A stretch of 64,000 nt of DNA from Podarcis pityusensis (GCA_964106645.2 OZ067043.1); one strand, 5' to 3'; shown: positions 26,112-39,577, counted from the first letter of the stretch. Made by a program: numbers and translations. The notes: generated by a model from the letters alone, not told the origin.

Positions 26112-27405
26112 AGCCCAGAAAGTCATATTCTGGCTACATAGCTACGCTTTTCTTGTGCACTTAGATGGACGCTTATTAAGGATCTAGTTGTAGTGCTGAA
26201 GAGCTCTTAAGGCAGTGGTTTTCAACCAGTGTGCCATGGCACCCTGGGGTGCCTTGAATGATGGTTGGGGGGGTGCCACGGGCAACAATGGCCTCTGTCC
26301 CTCTTTCCTTTATTCCCTCCTCTGATTCCCTCTTACGTCTATGCCTCCCAAAGGCATGTGTGACTGTTTGTTGCAGCAGCTATAAGCTCCCAAGGTGACT
26401 CTGAGGCTGGCCAGGAGGTGCTTCCCAGGCCCCTGTAGGGCAGTGTGAGGAGGCACCTCTCTTTGGGGCAGAGGGGCAGCTCAGAGACTAGGGGCAGCAG
26501 CTGCGGAAGCCCAGAGGACTTCCAAGGAGAGGGGCGAGGAGAGGAGGCTGAGGGAACATTTCAAGTGTGGTGCAGCAGGTAATAATCGGGTGTCAGAATA
26601 AGACCTAGGAACCGTGGCCTCAATTCCCTGTTCATCAATGCGGCTCACTTGTTAGCTCTGAACTCTACTCACACAACTCTCTAAGTTTCAGCTGTCTCAC
26701 AGGATTGTTATTAGGATAGAACAGGAGAGGAGAGAAGTATGTTCTCAGTTCCTTAGAGAGACAAAAGAAATATAAAAATACCTAGAAGTAAACATAAAGT
26801 ATGGATCCCCTCTTATCACAAGAGAGAAAACAAGGACCCTTGCCCTACACCTCCCAAATTGTGAACAAAACCAAAGTTTATATGCGTTTTCTATCCCTCA
26901 GTGCTCAATGTTGTTTTCCATTGTCTTAGCTCATGGACAGAATGAGCTAAGGTGCATATTAAGGAGAGGTTTTGAGCATTCACTGTTGATGCTGGGGAGA
27001 AAGAAGTTAAAGAACCTTTTGACCTTGTCCACTGACTCACTCCCTTGTGATAAGTTTCAGACAATGACGCTGGCCCTTCATTGCTCAATTCAAAATATGG
27101 TTCCTGTTAGTGGTATTTTCTGTCATGCAAAGCTTGAGAATGACCTTCTTACTAGGCCAGGAGTGGAAAACTTGTTAGTCTACGAAACACTGTTGGACTA
27201 TAACTCCCACTATCTTTGATCACTGACCATGCTGGATGGGGTTGATTTGGAAGGCCCACAGATCCTCCCGTCCAGCTCTTGTGTAGCTAAATAACTTTTA
27301 AGGTATTTGCTCAATTTCTTTGGATGGCTGGTGGCTACCACAAAGCCACTAGAATGTTTGCATCACATCCCATGTTCCTGTGTGGGAACCGAAAAGTTAG
27401 GTATA

Positions 27406-27624
27406 CAGTGGTACCTCTAGTTGTGGACACGATCCGTTCCTGGGTGTCGTTCACACCCCAAAAAGTCTGCAACTAGAGCGGCGTTTCTGTGCAAGCGCGG
27501 AGCGCAATAGAGCGCTTCTGCATGTGCGTGTGTGGCAAAATTCGGAAGTATACACTTCCAGGTTTGCCATGTTCGCAAGCCAAAAAGACGCAAGATGAAC
27601 CTAACACAACACAAGGTGTGACTG
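27406..27624. mobile_element. Tc1/mariner-type MITE (second subfamily)
   Basis: TA-CAGTGGTACCTC start and degenerate ...GACTG-TA end; internal sequence differs from the 5203 family. Confidence 0.7.
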
Positions 27625-29699
27625 TAGTAGTTTAAATATATCCAGGAAAAGAGGAAGTTGAGTCCTTGCAGCTGTCTGGTAAGAAATAGTATCAGAAGTC
27701 TGCTGTTGCTTTGGGGGACTGTTTGATGCTGTGCTAAGGCTAGCATTATCACATTGCTGTCCAGTCTGCCTTATAGCTTCCTCCCCATGCTAATTTTGCA
27801 TGCATGTAACAGATAGGTATCATGGACACATTGTAAATCTGAACAAACACCTCCAAGCATCATGCGAATCTGTCTCAACTTTAATAAAGGCTTTGGGCAA
27901 GGGTGGGGAACATTTTTCACCAGCCTGCAGGCCAACTTTGACAGATTTAACAGGACAACCCACTTGCCAATCCCATGATGTCATTATGGGTAATGGGAGA
28001 GCCCTTTGCTCCAAGCAAAGGAGTAATCAGGAGTTTACAGGTTAAGCTCCCCAATGTTCATTTGAAGGCATGTCTGTACCAGCCCAACACCTAATGTCAC
28101 ATATAGGCCAGGTGTGGGTGGTTTGGAGGTGTCCTCAAGGACCAAACTGGGTCTGGGACTCTGTGCTGGGCCCAGTTGGCCCACAGATGGGAGCTTCACC
28201 ATCTTTGGTTTATGGATTTTTCACAAGATAGGCACCAAAACCAGAAGCAAACCAGTGCATTTTGAAAGACTCTACACCATGACAAATATGAACCTTTTAC
28301 TTTAATAAATTTCAGAAAGCAGCAACTATCAAAGACGACAGCATTTTCTTCAAAACCTTTTTAACATCACAGAATTGCAGAGTTGGAAGGGACCACAAGG
28401 GTCATCTAATCCAACCCCCTGCAATGCAGGAGTCTTTCACCCAACATGGGGCTCAAACCCACAACACTGAGATTAAGAGTCTCATGATCTACCGGCAGAG
28501 CTATCCCTGAAGAACTTTAGCAAGGATAACTTTATCACTATTCCAACTGTCAAATAATAAAGGGCAATAACTAATGTACTTTTAAAACATCTCTTTCCAT
28601 AAAAAAGTTATTTAGAATCAAATATCATAATGAGGAATGTATTTTATTTAGTCCACTCAGTACTCTAAATCTATCTTGAATATCAGGCTGAGATAAAACT
28701 ATATCAGGATAAGAACAGAGTGAAGCACAAATCTACTATTCTGTCTCTTTCTATCACTTTTGTTGACAGCTGTACTTTGGGGTTTTTCTCCTCTGTGGCT
28801 TAGTAGTATGACTGTTTGCCAGCACATGCTTCCACTTTCCTTCATCCTTCTCAAGACCCCATCAAAGCAATGCAGCCCACTACACTACTAAAACGAGGAT
28901 AACCAGCTGGGCAGAGGTGGCAAATCATGGTTGCTCTCTCTGGGCAGCATGCTAGGAAGGACTGGTCTTCATGGTGCCACGGGGGGGGGGGGGGAGATGC
29001 TGCCCCCCTCAGCTTGTTTGTTCTTTTCTCATTGTCCCTCTTCTCACCGCAGTAGGGAGAATAAGGATTGGAGTCCCTGGCCCCAATTCCCATTGACGTG
29101 CCACCCAGAGAGAGGATAAGGCAACTATTCCATGCAGAGCCAGCTGACTTTAACCATTCTGGGTTCCCAAGTAGTGAGGACTGGGTAAAACCTACAGTAC
29201 TGCACCCCCTAGAGAGTGTACGAGGGTTGAGGTGATAGCTCAGAAAGTGTTGCAGAGTCTCCTCCTTCCCAACACAGTAGGCAAGCAACTCCTGCCAGGA
29301 TAGCCACTATTTTCTCTGGGCATCTCGGTTGGCTCAACTTCTCTCCGCAGTGCCATCTACAGAGGAGAGTGGGCAAAGGCAACAGCAGCTACCTTCACTC
29401 TTTGACTGGGTGGTGTGCCCAGCCCCTTATCATTGCACCTCCCTACAGGCAGCGTCAGCCGGTCCCTGCCACTGCCTCTCACTTCCCTACTTTGCTGGGA
29501 AAGGTAGCAGCATCAACGGCCCTTTTGCCATCTGCCTCTGAGTGGGAAGGGGAAAGGGTGAGGAGGGGATACTGCTGCCACTCCCTCGGGGGACACACTA
29601 GGCAAAGGGGACTGGGCCCAGCAAGTCCAATCCTCACCCTCTCTACTTCCAATGTAGAGGGAAGAGGGCAAGCAACCAAGGAGAGGAAGCAGCGGATCC

Positions 29700-30720
29700 T
29701 GCAACGCCATGGGGCCCGATCCTCCACAGCATGCTACAAGCACGCCCGATCCGCCACTCGCTTTGGTGGGTGGGGGGGTGGATTTTGGATAACGGGGGTT
29801 TGTTGTTGGGGGCGAGTTGCTGAGGGAGCAGCATAACCTAGGACTGGGCTGGAGGGAAGGAAAAGCTAAGACGCAGGTTTTCCTTATTTGTTTTCTTCCC
29901 CCCTCCTTCCAAGAGGGGTGGGGGACGGGAGGAAGGGGCAAGCGAGCACCAGCTGTCCTGTGCCGTGTGCCTCCATCCTTCCCCCCAAGCCTCGGAGGGT
30001 GAAAGGGGGTTGCTGGTGTCACCGGGCAAGGCACGCAGCCAGGCAACGGGGCCAAGCTCAGCTGCAGCTGACCCGGAGCAGCCGCCACAGGGCACCCCGG
30101 AGGCGGACAGGCCTCGGCAGATACCCCAGGGCACCGACAACCGCCCCCCCCAAGCTCCCGTCTCGCGAGGCGCCACACAGAACTGCCCCCGTCCCTTCTC
30201 CGCCCTACAAACGCCGCCCGCTTCCCCCGCCACCTCACCTGCCGGCCGCGAAGGGCGCGCGCTCCCCGGCCGCCCTCGGCGCAGAACTTTTGTCATGAGA
30301 AACCCCAACCCGGCCCGACAACCACAGCAACCTCTCTCTTCTTTTTTTTTTTTTTTTTTGTCCCCGCCCACCCTCTCGCTCGCGTCACGCGCGCTGGGCC
30401 TGGCGTCACCGCGCATCGCCACCCCCGTTGGCCAGTCAGAGGCGCGAGGGAGGTATTAGCATATCGCCACGACGACGGCCCAAGCCCGTTCCCGCCCCCC
30501 TGAGGAGAGAAGGTGCTCTCTCGTCAGCAAAGGAGGCCAACCCTGTGGCTGGCTACCTCCTTCCCCGGTGCTCGTCGAGTGGCAGCGGGTTCTTCCGTGG
30601 AAGCGGCCGTCCGAGGGCGGAGAGTCCCTCCAGCGGGAGCGAGAAGTGGACGCCCGTCTCCGATATCGGACAGGCGGGTGCAAACAGGGCCAGGGACTTT
30701 CTGCATCTGGTCGCGGTGCA
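29700..30720. promoter_or_regulatory. PPARD: CpG-island promoter (probably PPARD), transcribing leftward
   Basis: The clearest GC- and CpG-dense non-coding segment in the window. GC boxes (CCCGCCC at ~30363 and ~30491) and CGTCA half-CRE sites (~30382, ~30403). It lies ~8 kb downstream of the DEF6 stop, matching the DEF6-PPARD tandem order known in human. Confidence 0.75.
30239..30340 (-). other. PPARD: Non-coding exon 1 (probably PPARD); 5' end approximate
   Basis: Consensus donor GCAG|GTGAGG at 30238. TGGGGTTTCTCATGACAAAAGTTCTG resembles recalled human PPARD exon 1 (TGGGGATTAATGGGAAAAGTTTTG). Confidence 0.65.
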
Positions 30721-30938
30721 GAAGGCACCACTGAGGCTATTGCAATCCATTGAAGGTGCTCTTACTCCGTGGAATAAGCCCCACTGAACTCAAGGGGGTA
30801 TATGAGCATCTGCTTTCATAGAATCATAGAGTTGGAAGAGACCACAAGGGCCATCGAGTCCAACCCCCTGCCAAGCAGGAAACACCATCAGAGCTTTGCA
30901 TGCAGGAGGTGCCAGGTTCAATCCCCGGCATCCCCAGT

Positions 30939-31046
30939 CATGGGCATAGCCTGGATTTATTTATTGGGGGGGGGGGGGCAGAACCGAGCTTTTATTAAAA
31001 TTTCTTTACTTGATTTAGGGGGGCAGCTGCCCTAGCTATGCCCATG
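30939..31046. mobile_element. 108-bp hAT-type MITE nested in a SINE
   Basis: Perfect 12-bp TIR CATGGGCATAGC/GCTATGCCCATG; 8-bp TSD TCCCCAGT at 30931-30938 and 31047-31054. Confidence 0.85.
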
Positions 31047-32296
31047 TCCCCAGTTAAGGATGCAGAAGGCTGCTGCTGCTGCTGCTGCTGCCTTAAACCC
31101 TGGTGAGCAGCTGCTGACAATGTTGACAGTATTGAGCTGGACGGACCAGTGGTCTAAGTTAATGTTAAGCAGCTTTATACGTCCATGTGTTCTATTACAT
31201 TAAAGAATTTCAGACGAAAAAGAAACCTCGTTAGGATGATGTACTGGTATGTTAGGAAAGTGGTGGCATTAGATCTTCATATTCAGTAACATTACTGTGC
31301 CGTGTGCATTTTAGATCAGCCTAAGACCACTGGCTAATTTCTATATATATAAAAGAGAGGGGGCTGGATTTAGGCCTGCCTGGAAAGCTGCATGCTTCCC
31401 CTCCTAGGGATCAGGGAGAAATCTGAATCAGTTCAGATTTAAAAGCAAGTATCAAATCCACACTTCCTGAAATTCACACTACACGGAATTGAAACACAGA
31501 CAAAATTGCTGTAGAAATGTGGAAAACCGAATTTAAGAAAAGAAAAATGAGAAACCGAGAGAACTGAAATTGACAAATACTTCCCAACTCTTCTCCTCAC
31601 CCTGTTACAAGCACAGGCAACAGGACACAGAAGTAGCTGACACATACACAGCGGCAATTTACTGCTACTTAATACAGTATTGTGAACGCTCACTCCACTT
31701 CTGTAAATGGCAAGAAATTTCTAAGCCACGGTGCTTATCCAAGTCTGATTCCCTGCGGAAAGATGTCACTGGAGGCTTATTAGTGTTTTGTAATCTTTGC
31801 ATTTATTTACATACATATACAGGTTGAGTGTGGGTGGAGACATAGCTTAGGCACTCTAATGAAGTCACAGTCCGCTGCTCCCACAGCAGATCTTCTGGGA
31901 GACACCTAGCACCCCAAGACACTTACAGAAACTAAACTCAGGGTATCCCCAACCAAGCTATTCGGGATAAGGGAAACATATTTGAAAAACTACCTACACA
32001 ATGTGGCTGCATTAGTGACTCCCTGCAAATCAAAATTTCAATCAGAAAAGAAATATTGGGCTTTTACCTCTGATCTTTCTAAAAGCAGTTTCTGAGAGCA
32101 AAAACAACATAGTATGAGCAAACCATTGTATCTAGAATTCTAGATTTCATGGAGTTAATGGCAATAGGACAAGACTAGGAAAATAGCAGAGGCACCAAAG
32201 CAAAGAAATAAAGGAGCACCTTTGATTTGAAATATAATAATTTAATAATTAATAATAATTTATTATTTATACCCCGCCCATCTTTAAAGGGCGCGC

Positions 32297-32570
32297 GTAC
32301 AAGTGGGTCCGAGTGGTGTGTATGGTTTTTCTTTTGGCCCTGCTAGGAAAAACCACTGTTTACCTCTGAAATGGAACAAATGTCAATTGGGTTTTCTGTG
32401 GATTGACATTTGTTCCGATTCAGTGATAAACAATGGGTTTTTCCGGGGAAAGCGGCATGAAAAAAAAAGCTGCTTGGACCCACATCTGAAAAGCAGAGAC
32501 CTGTGCCTGCAAATTGTGGCACGAATGAAAGTCTGGATTTTCAACTGAGGCAATTGATAGTGGCCTGTTT
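32297..32570. repeat. Palindromic MITE-like repeat; inverted relative at ~37255-37445
   Basis: Internal hairpin GGAACAAATGTCAAT...ATTGACATTTGTTCC; reverse-complement match to CTGAATCAGAGCAAATGTCAATCCACAGAAAAC at ~37338. Confidence 0.7.
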
Positions 32571-33806
32571 GGGAAGGAAATCTCGTTAATCCAAGTGACA
32601 CGCTCATAAAAGTTTTAAATATATATGTCACCTTAGAAATTGTTTCATTAGACTTAGGAGGTGTAATGAGAAATAGGAATTATTGTGAATATGCCTAATA
32701 CTATGGTGTTGCCTAAAATATCATTTGATGAAGGAGCAAAGACTTCATAGAAGGTCTGAATAGTTCCTTAACCACCTCAGAATTTGAAATTGGGGGAGGG
32801 GACATGAAGCAGTTTGCAGACTTGGGAGGCAGAGATGGAAGTTTTTATAGCTGGAGTTGGCTATATCCTTGGGGTGCAGTTGCTCTTTAAAAATCTGAAA
32901 CAGGATTAGCAGTTGTGGTTCTGCTTTTTAGAAGCCCAGTTACAATAGGTTCTGCTTTTATAATTTTAAATACAAATATTACAAAGGCACTTTTAAGTCT
33001 CTGGTGTACCCTCTCATTCAAAGGAAGTTATGTACAACTGCCCCTGCCCTGGACTTATTTCAGTGTTGGAAAGTGGGGAACAGCATATATAAGCAAATTA
33101 AAATTTTACTATTGGCCTCCACAGGTAAAGTCACTCTAGTACAGTATCCTTCACCACATGCCCTGCCCTATGAATTTAGGTGAGCTGTGAGTAGTGAGCA
33201 TGCCTTCTCAGCCATGGTACCCCCCCCCCCTCCTATGGATTGCTCTGCCCCCAGGAGACTCACTCATCTCTTCCTAGGCCCTACACCTCAATGCTCCACT
33301 TCTGCACTATCAAGTGTCCTGCTGAGGTAGACTTGACTACTCCTTAGCCCTTTATTGTCTCCAGACTTTGAAGTGGTAGCCAAGTGTAAGTTAACTGTTA
33401 CCCCGGTAGTATTGCTCTCCTGTCTGCCTCTCTTCTTTGACTTTGCTGCTATTCTTTACCATTCTGAATACTACTGGGAAGCTAAGCAAGCTTGTCAAGG
33501 ATCAGAACCATTGTAGATGGTGGAAAGGCAGAGAATGGGGCATGGAAGGAAGAAAAATATTTCTTCCACTTTCTCCCACACACTGATTTCTGGCTACCTT
33601 TTCTGCAGGGCAGAAAGCCAGAAAGGAACAGTTTGATCATCAGCCACACCTTGAATTGTTCCAGAGGATAAGGCAGGCTACAGCAAACACACAATAGAGT
33701 TTTATGGCACACTAAAGACTTACAGATTTACTGTGGCTTAAGCCTTTATGCACAAGAGACCACTTATTCAGATACATAAAAGAGTTGTCCTCAATGTGCA
33801 GGTATG

Positions 33807-34226
33807 GAACTGAGTATGTTTAGTCTGGAGAAAATTAAGCAGAGACATGAGAGTTAATTTCAAATATCCAAAAGGCTGTCACACAGTAGAAAGAGCAAAC
33901 CTGTTCTCTGTTGTTCCAGAGGATAGGGTAGAACTAATGGACCGAAATTGCAAAGAGGCAGCTTTCGGCAAATCCTTAGGAGAAATGTCTTAACAGTAGG
34001 AGCTGTCTGGCAGTGAAACAGATGGGCTTTGTGGACTCACCTTCACTAGATGAACTTGAGTAAAGACAGCATGATCATTTATCAGGGCTCCTGTTGCATG
34101 GATAGAGCAAGGTGCTGATAATGTCAAGGTCACAGTTTTGATCCACTTATGTTACAGTTGCATATTCCTGCATTGCAGGGTGTTGGACTAGATGATCCTC
34201 AGGGTCCCTTCCAACTCTTAAGATTC
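33807..34226 (+). mobile_element. Degenerate CR1 3' fragment
   Basis: CR1 ORF2 end (ATGTTTAGTCTGGAGAA...) and 3' UTR TTGGACTAGATGATCCTCAGGGTCCCTTCCAACTCT. Confidence 0.8.
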
Positions 34227-36002
34227 TTTCCCTGGCCTTTGACAACTGAGGCATCCAGCACTGAGCAGGGCACTGGATTAGAACACCTCCAAAGTACTTT
34301 CTAAGTTTTATCTACTTTTATCACACACACACACACCAAGGAAGGAAGGAAAATCCAGCTAAAGAAATGCAGGTCCTTAAAAACTTTTACCACAATACGT
34401 TTTTTCTGTCTGTCTCGAACTAGCAGTCTTGTACCTGGTGTTGCTTGGGAATTCTAAGAACACTGCTTCCCACCCCCCCACCTCGAAATCAGCGGTGTTT
34501 TGAAATCCGTGGTTAAAATCAGTGACAGTGCAATTTCAAAATGTTCAGTCCATCATAACAGCATCTACCTGTATCCAAACATGGACAAAAACCTGCTCCT
34601 TGATCTCAGGAACCATGCAAAATTTGGTTATGATATCTTAAGAGGTGTCCAAACAGACAAACAACTTTCCAAAATATGTAATAGAATATATAATCAATCT
34701 AGGCAGCAGCCTGCTGTAAGATGAAAGTGGCTCTGGCCTTGAAAATCTGTTACAGAAGGTACCAGATATCTCCTTTCAAGTTAGGAATTCAGCTGCCCAG
34801 CCTCAGAAAGTGGTAGTTTGCATGCCTGTACCATTTGGCGACCTGTTACCAACTTCCCCCCAGTATTGTTTCATTCTGCAAATCTTTCACATTTAACAAT
34901 ATATATGTACATTTAAGTTTTCCAACCTGTGTGGTCTCTGTTATGCAAAAGTATACAACTACCAGGATAGCTTAAAAAATAAAAACCCAAGAAAGGGAGC
35001 AAGCAACAGTGTGGCTATTCCCTGCACCCACCACCATCTATCATATGTGAACTAGGGCTCATGCTTTAGTGTTCTCTCCTTGAATCATGCTTTTACTGAT
35101 CATCTAGATAAGCAGTAACAGAAGAAGCAGGTGTGTGGTGTTTCGGCAGAGGAAGCACTCAGGAAAAAAGCTGATGCAAGGAGTTTCTTTTCTGATGTCA
35201 GCATAGCAAGACCAGAAATGAAAAGAACAGAAACAGCTTTGCTCAGTGTTGTTTTAGCTGAAAATAAGAAATGTTGTTTTATAAGGCCAATTGTAGCTCC
35301 CACCTGTTACGAGGTAGAAAGCAAGTTCAGCTTCATTTCTTGAGAAGAGATAAAGTAAGTCCAAACAAAATACATCTATAGTGGCTGTTTCCTACATGAA
35401 TCATGGAAACTGTAGTTAACCTCCTCCCCAGCTGCAACGCCCTTAAATTACAATTTGTAGGATCACAGAATTATTTCGAGTAAGTCGCATACTTTAAGTG
35501 TATGGTGTATACATATGTCCAGGGGCAACGGAAGGATGTGGAGGCAACGGCAAATGTGGCAGCTGAACTTGCTTAGGCTACTTTGAGGGATAAAGAGGGC
35601 CCGATCTCCATTTTCAAAGAGGCCCCTCTAGGAAATCTCATTGCTGAACTATTAAGGCATGAGAAATGTTTAATTGCCCAAAAGCAAGGAGATGCAAAAC
35701 AGCAATTTCTGTCCTCATTGGCAATGTGGTAGTCTATATCTCTGTGATGAGAGAAAAAAATATTATTATGAAGTACTTAAGCTCCCTGATTCAAGCCCTG
35801 GCAACTCTTGTAAACACAGAAAAGAAAAAAGGACCAAGTAGTAGAAGGTGATGGGAAAGGCTTGGGGCTCTGGAGAGATGCTACCAGTCAGAGCAGACAA
35901 TCCTGCTCTATATGGACATAGCTAAATCCCATGAACTAGCTGTCAGTTTGCAGTTTTATCACCTGCTATGAAGAAAAAATGACTGACTATAGGCCCCCCC
36001 TG

Positions 36003-36051
<49 letters not shown>

Positions 36052-38555
36052 CACTTTGCAAGTTCTGCCAAAGATAAGGGTGATAGTCAAATAAATTCTT
36101 GCACCAGTTGAAGGGAAAGTGCCAGCACAGTGATATTTTCCCCCTCCTCTCCTTGAGCCATCTTCAAATATGCTCTGGAGAGCTGGAGGAACTGCCGGGG
36201 GTGCACAAAGGAAAGAAACGGGAGAACCCTTCACTGTGTAGAAACAAATCATTGTGGTGACGGTACGTTCACCTAGGATAAATACAGCTCTAACTGCTAT
36301 CACCTTCTGAGTGAATTCACATCCTCATGAATTCATACTGCAGCAGTAGGAGAGATTTGAGAAATTGTGTCTCAAGGGCAGTGAGTGGTACTCAACTAAG
36401 TTTTAACCAGAGGAGACCACTGAAATTAATGGACGTAACTTAGTCACTGATTTCAGGAAGGATTATTTGTTTCATCATTAATTAATCACACATTTACTTA
36501 CACTTTGGCTCTGGTCTGGGATTGCTGATGCTTTGTTTTTAAGCAATTAAATTTTATGATATGAATAAATTTCATTAATTTCAATGGTTCTACGCGGAGT
36601 AATACTCAGCCGAATACCTCCCAGTACATACATTTTCGCTTGTTCATGCCTTATTAACATGTATTTATGAGCTAGTTTACACAATCAGTAGACATTAAAA
36701 AAAAACCCCTGCCCATTCTCACTACAGTTGAGAAATAGCATGAATCAATGCTGCTGGGGTTGTGGTGGGGGGCAATCTATGCACACCTAAAACTAGCTTA
36801 TCAGGGAGAAGAAGGCTAGGCTAGAATTCCTCTCCCCAATATTGATTTGTCTACTGGTAGAAAAGATTATATATTGTTTTTATTGAGACTAGACCCTGGC
36901 AGCCGTTTCCCAAAGGGAATGGGATATGTCAGAACCATCACTGCTCATGTTGTAGGCATGCTACCACCCGTGGCCAAACAGGTTTTACTAACTTTTCATA
37001 GTGCTTCAAAACCCTGCAAAACTTGTTTGTCACGGATGATAAATGGGACAAAAGAATTGAGGGGGCATACCGCAGGCTACAGTGGCTCTCTTTTACCATT
37101 TGAAACTGAGAAACTATTGTTAGCTTTTCAGACTCCTAGACTGCCAGCCTAAGCACACTTAGTGCAGAGTCTCACTGCATCCAGTGGGACTTGTTTCTAT
37201 GATTAGGTTAACACTTCCACTTCTCCCACTTCTAGAAAAACAGGAATCTGAGCAGTTTCCCACTTGCCACTTGCTTTCTGAGCACGGGGCAGAGCGGTTT
37301 TCTGTTTGCTTTCCCTGGGGAAACCTGCTCTTTAGCGCTGAATCAGAGCAAATGTCAATCCACAGAAAACTTGACTGGTATTTCCTCTGATTCAGCAGTA
37401 AAGATCGGGTTCTCCCAGGGGAAAGTGGCACCACAAGTGGAAGACTGGATGAGCCCTATGTCATGTTATGGAGAAAACTCAGTCCCCCACTTTGATCACT
37501 TTTGAAAATACTACTGTTTTTCAGTTAGAATTATTTTTTGCTGCCCTGGAGCACAGTATCGTTCTCCTTCACTCTCCCTCTGCGTCTTCCACAAGCCCTT
37601 CTCTCCCCCTCTCCATTTCCTTCCCGCAGCTGTGCACCAGGAAATTCTATTTACAGTTGCTTTTATAAGAGACTCTCCTTAGGACACCAGTCGTATTCCT
37701 GTAACATAATCAGAATGACACAACTCACAGCACACACACCCCGAAAGAACTGTGCTAGTTCCTCCAATGCCCTTCCCCCTCTATATATCTTTCACAATGC
37801 TTGCTTGATAACGAAAAACAAAGAAATTTCATTTAAAACTCATACTCTACATTGCACAGCGATTCAGGGAAACTGAGCATCAACTTGTTTGTTCTCAACA
37901 ACTCTTTGACAAGGCTTGCACATTGGTTTCAAAAGTTAGAAACATAACATTTTCAGAATTCATTATATAAACTTGGGCCATATCTGTATCTTCAGCTGCC
38001 TAATAATAATAATAATTAATTAATGACGTGGAAAATTAACCAATATTGTCCCAAAGAAGCAGGACCCAGACTGTTTATAACAATATATTGCAAACCACAA
38101 TGGAGCACAATATATATTTTACCATTTAAAAAAATGTTTTTAAAAGAATGAGACATCTTGGCACATTACAGAAGTGGTTACCAGCAACAACAGCAGTTTG
38201 AAATTCCTCATGCCAGTATGAGAGTGTGATGAGGATCTTTCATCTTCTGCAGAGGCCAAATAAAGTGTACCTTCGAGGGAACTGTAATCCCAAAGAACCA
38301 TACTCCTGCATTTTGGATAAGGAAACTTCTGGTTTGTCCATTTTATATACATCAGGTGCTGCTTTTGCATATTAAGCAAGTTGCCAGCATAGCCCATGGC
38401 TTAACAAAGTAGAATTCTTATCATACTTCCCTATACAATCTTTACATCTGTCCAGTGCTCATATGTATATACTATAGTTACTGTTAAACTGTCATGATGT
38501 TTACGTCCCGGCCCCAAAATTTCAACAAGTGGGTTGGCCTGGCTTCTGCAGCTAC

Positions 38556-38761
38556 TCAGAGGGTTTCTGAGCTAGGATTATCTTTATCAGGTGCCTGCAG
38601 CTGCTTCTCCATCTCCCCATTTAAGTTTTCCTTGCTTCCATTCTTCATAGCATCAGATTTCTTCTTTTCCAGATTCTGCTTCAGTTTGAGGGAGGAATCT
38701 CTCCTGGACAGGAGTGCAGGATTGAAACCAGGGAACCCTCCACTCACCACTGTACGTTTCT
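38556..38761 (-). CDS. DEF6: DEF6 last coding exon (11)
   Basis: Acceptor TCTTTCTAG|; reads (E)KRTVVSGG...LLSRRDSSLKLK...SETL*; phase matches exon 10. Confidence 0.88.
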
Positions 38762-38943
38762 CTAGAAAGAGATGAACAAAAGCACTTAGAAGCAACAATA
38801 GAGTATTGCCATGCATAAGCTCATCACTATCGTTGCAACAAAGCACCTTCAAGAATGTGCATGCAAGAATATGTGTGTTCAAATTAAATCTGCTAGTCTC
38901 CAGAGGACAGTACTCCAGTCACAGTAAATAACAGAACAGGATA

Positions 38944-39183
38944 CAGTGGTACCTCGCAATTTGAATGGCTCCGTTCTCGAAAGTTTTGGCTCTCAAAAGC
39001 TGAAAACCCAGAAGTAAGTGCTCTGGTTTTTGAATGTTCTTAGAAACACGAATGTCCGATGCGGCTTCCGCTATGAAAAAACCTAGCCATCAGCCAATCG
39101 GAAGCCACACCTTGGAACTCGAACGTTTTGGAACGCGAACGTTTTTCCGGAATGGATTACGTTTGAGTTCCGAGGTACCACTG
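38944..39183. mobile_element. Tc1/mariner-type MITE (third subfamily) in a DEF6 intron
   Basis: TIRs CAGTGGTACCTCG...CGAGGTACCACTG. Confidence 0.8.
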
Positions 39184-39486
39184 AACAAACAAACAAGGCA
39201 GAATGTTCCAAACAAGGACATTTTTATTTGTATAAGAGCACAAAGGATCTTTAGAACAACAACATGGCTCATAAACCCTGGAGGGATCTGACCTCTGTGC
39301 ACAGTTAGGAGGAAGATCAAAAAGAATCGCCGATATTACTTTCTGCAATGCAAGATTATTCCCTGGTAAGCAAACAACTACCAGATACAGCTGTGTGCAA
39401 GTTTGAAGCAGTGGGTCAATTGGCTGCAGTTATCAGATTTAGCTGTGTATTTGCTCCATATGCAAATACTTTATGCGGTCACTTAC

Positions 39487-39577
39487 CTCCTGGTGCAATG
39501 GGGTGCATCAGTCGATTCATCTGAACATTCCAATGTTTTACATTTGTGCTGGCCTGTTGAAGCTTCCGCTGGGCCAA
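39487..39577 (-). CDS. DEF6: DEF6 exon 10
   Basis: 91 nt, [30 protein letters not shown], with CAG| and |GTAAGT; not in the ORF track. Confidence 0.95.

Noticed and set aside
29369-30787. Several long overlapping ORFs (up to 241 aa) in the CpG island
   Set aside because: Expected from stop-codon scarcity in GC-rich DNA; low-complexity Gly/Pro/Arg content with no recognisable domain.
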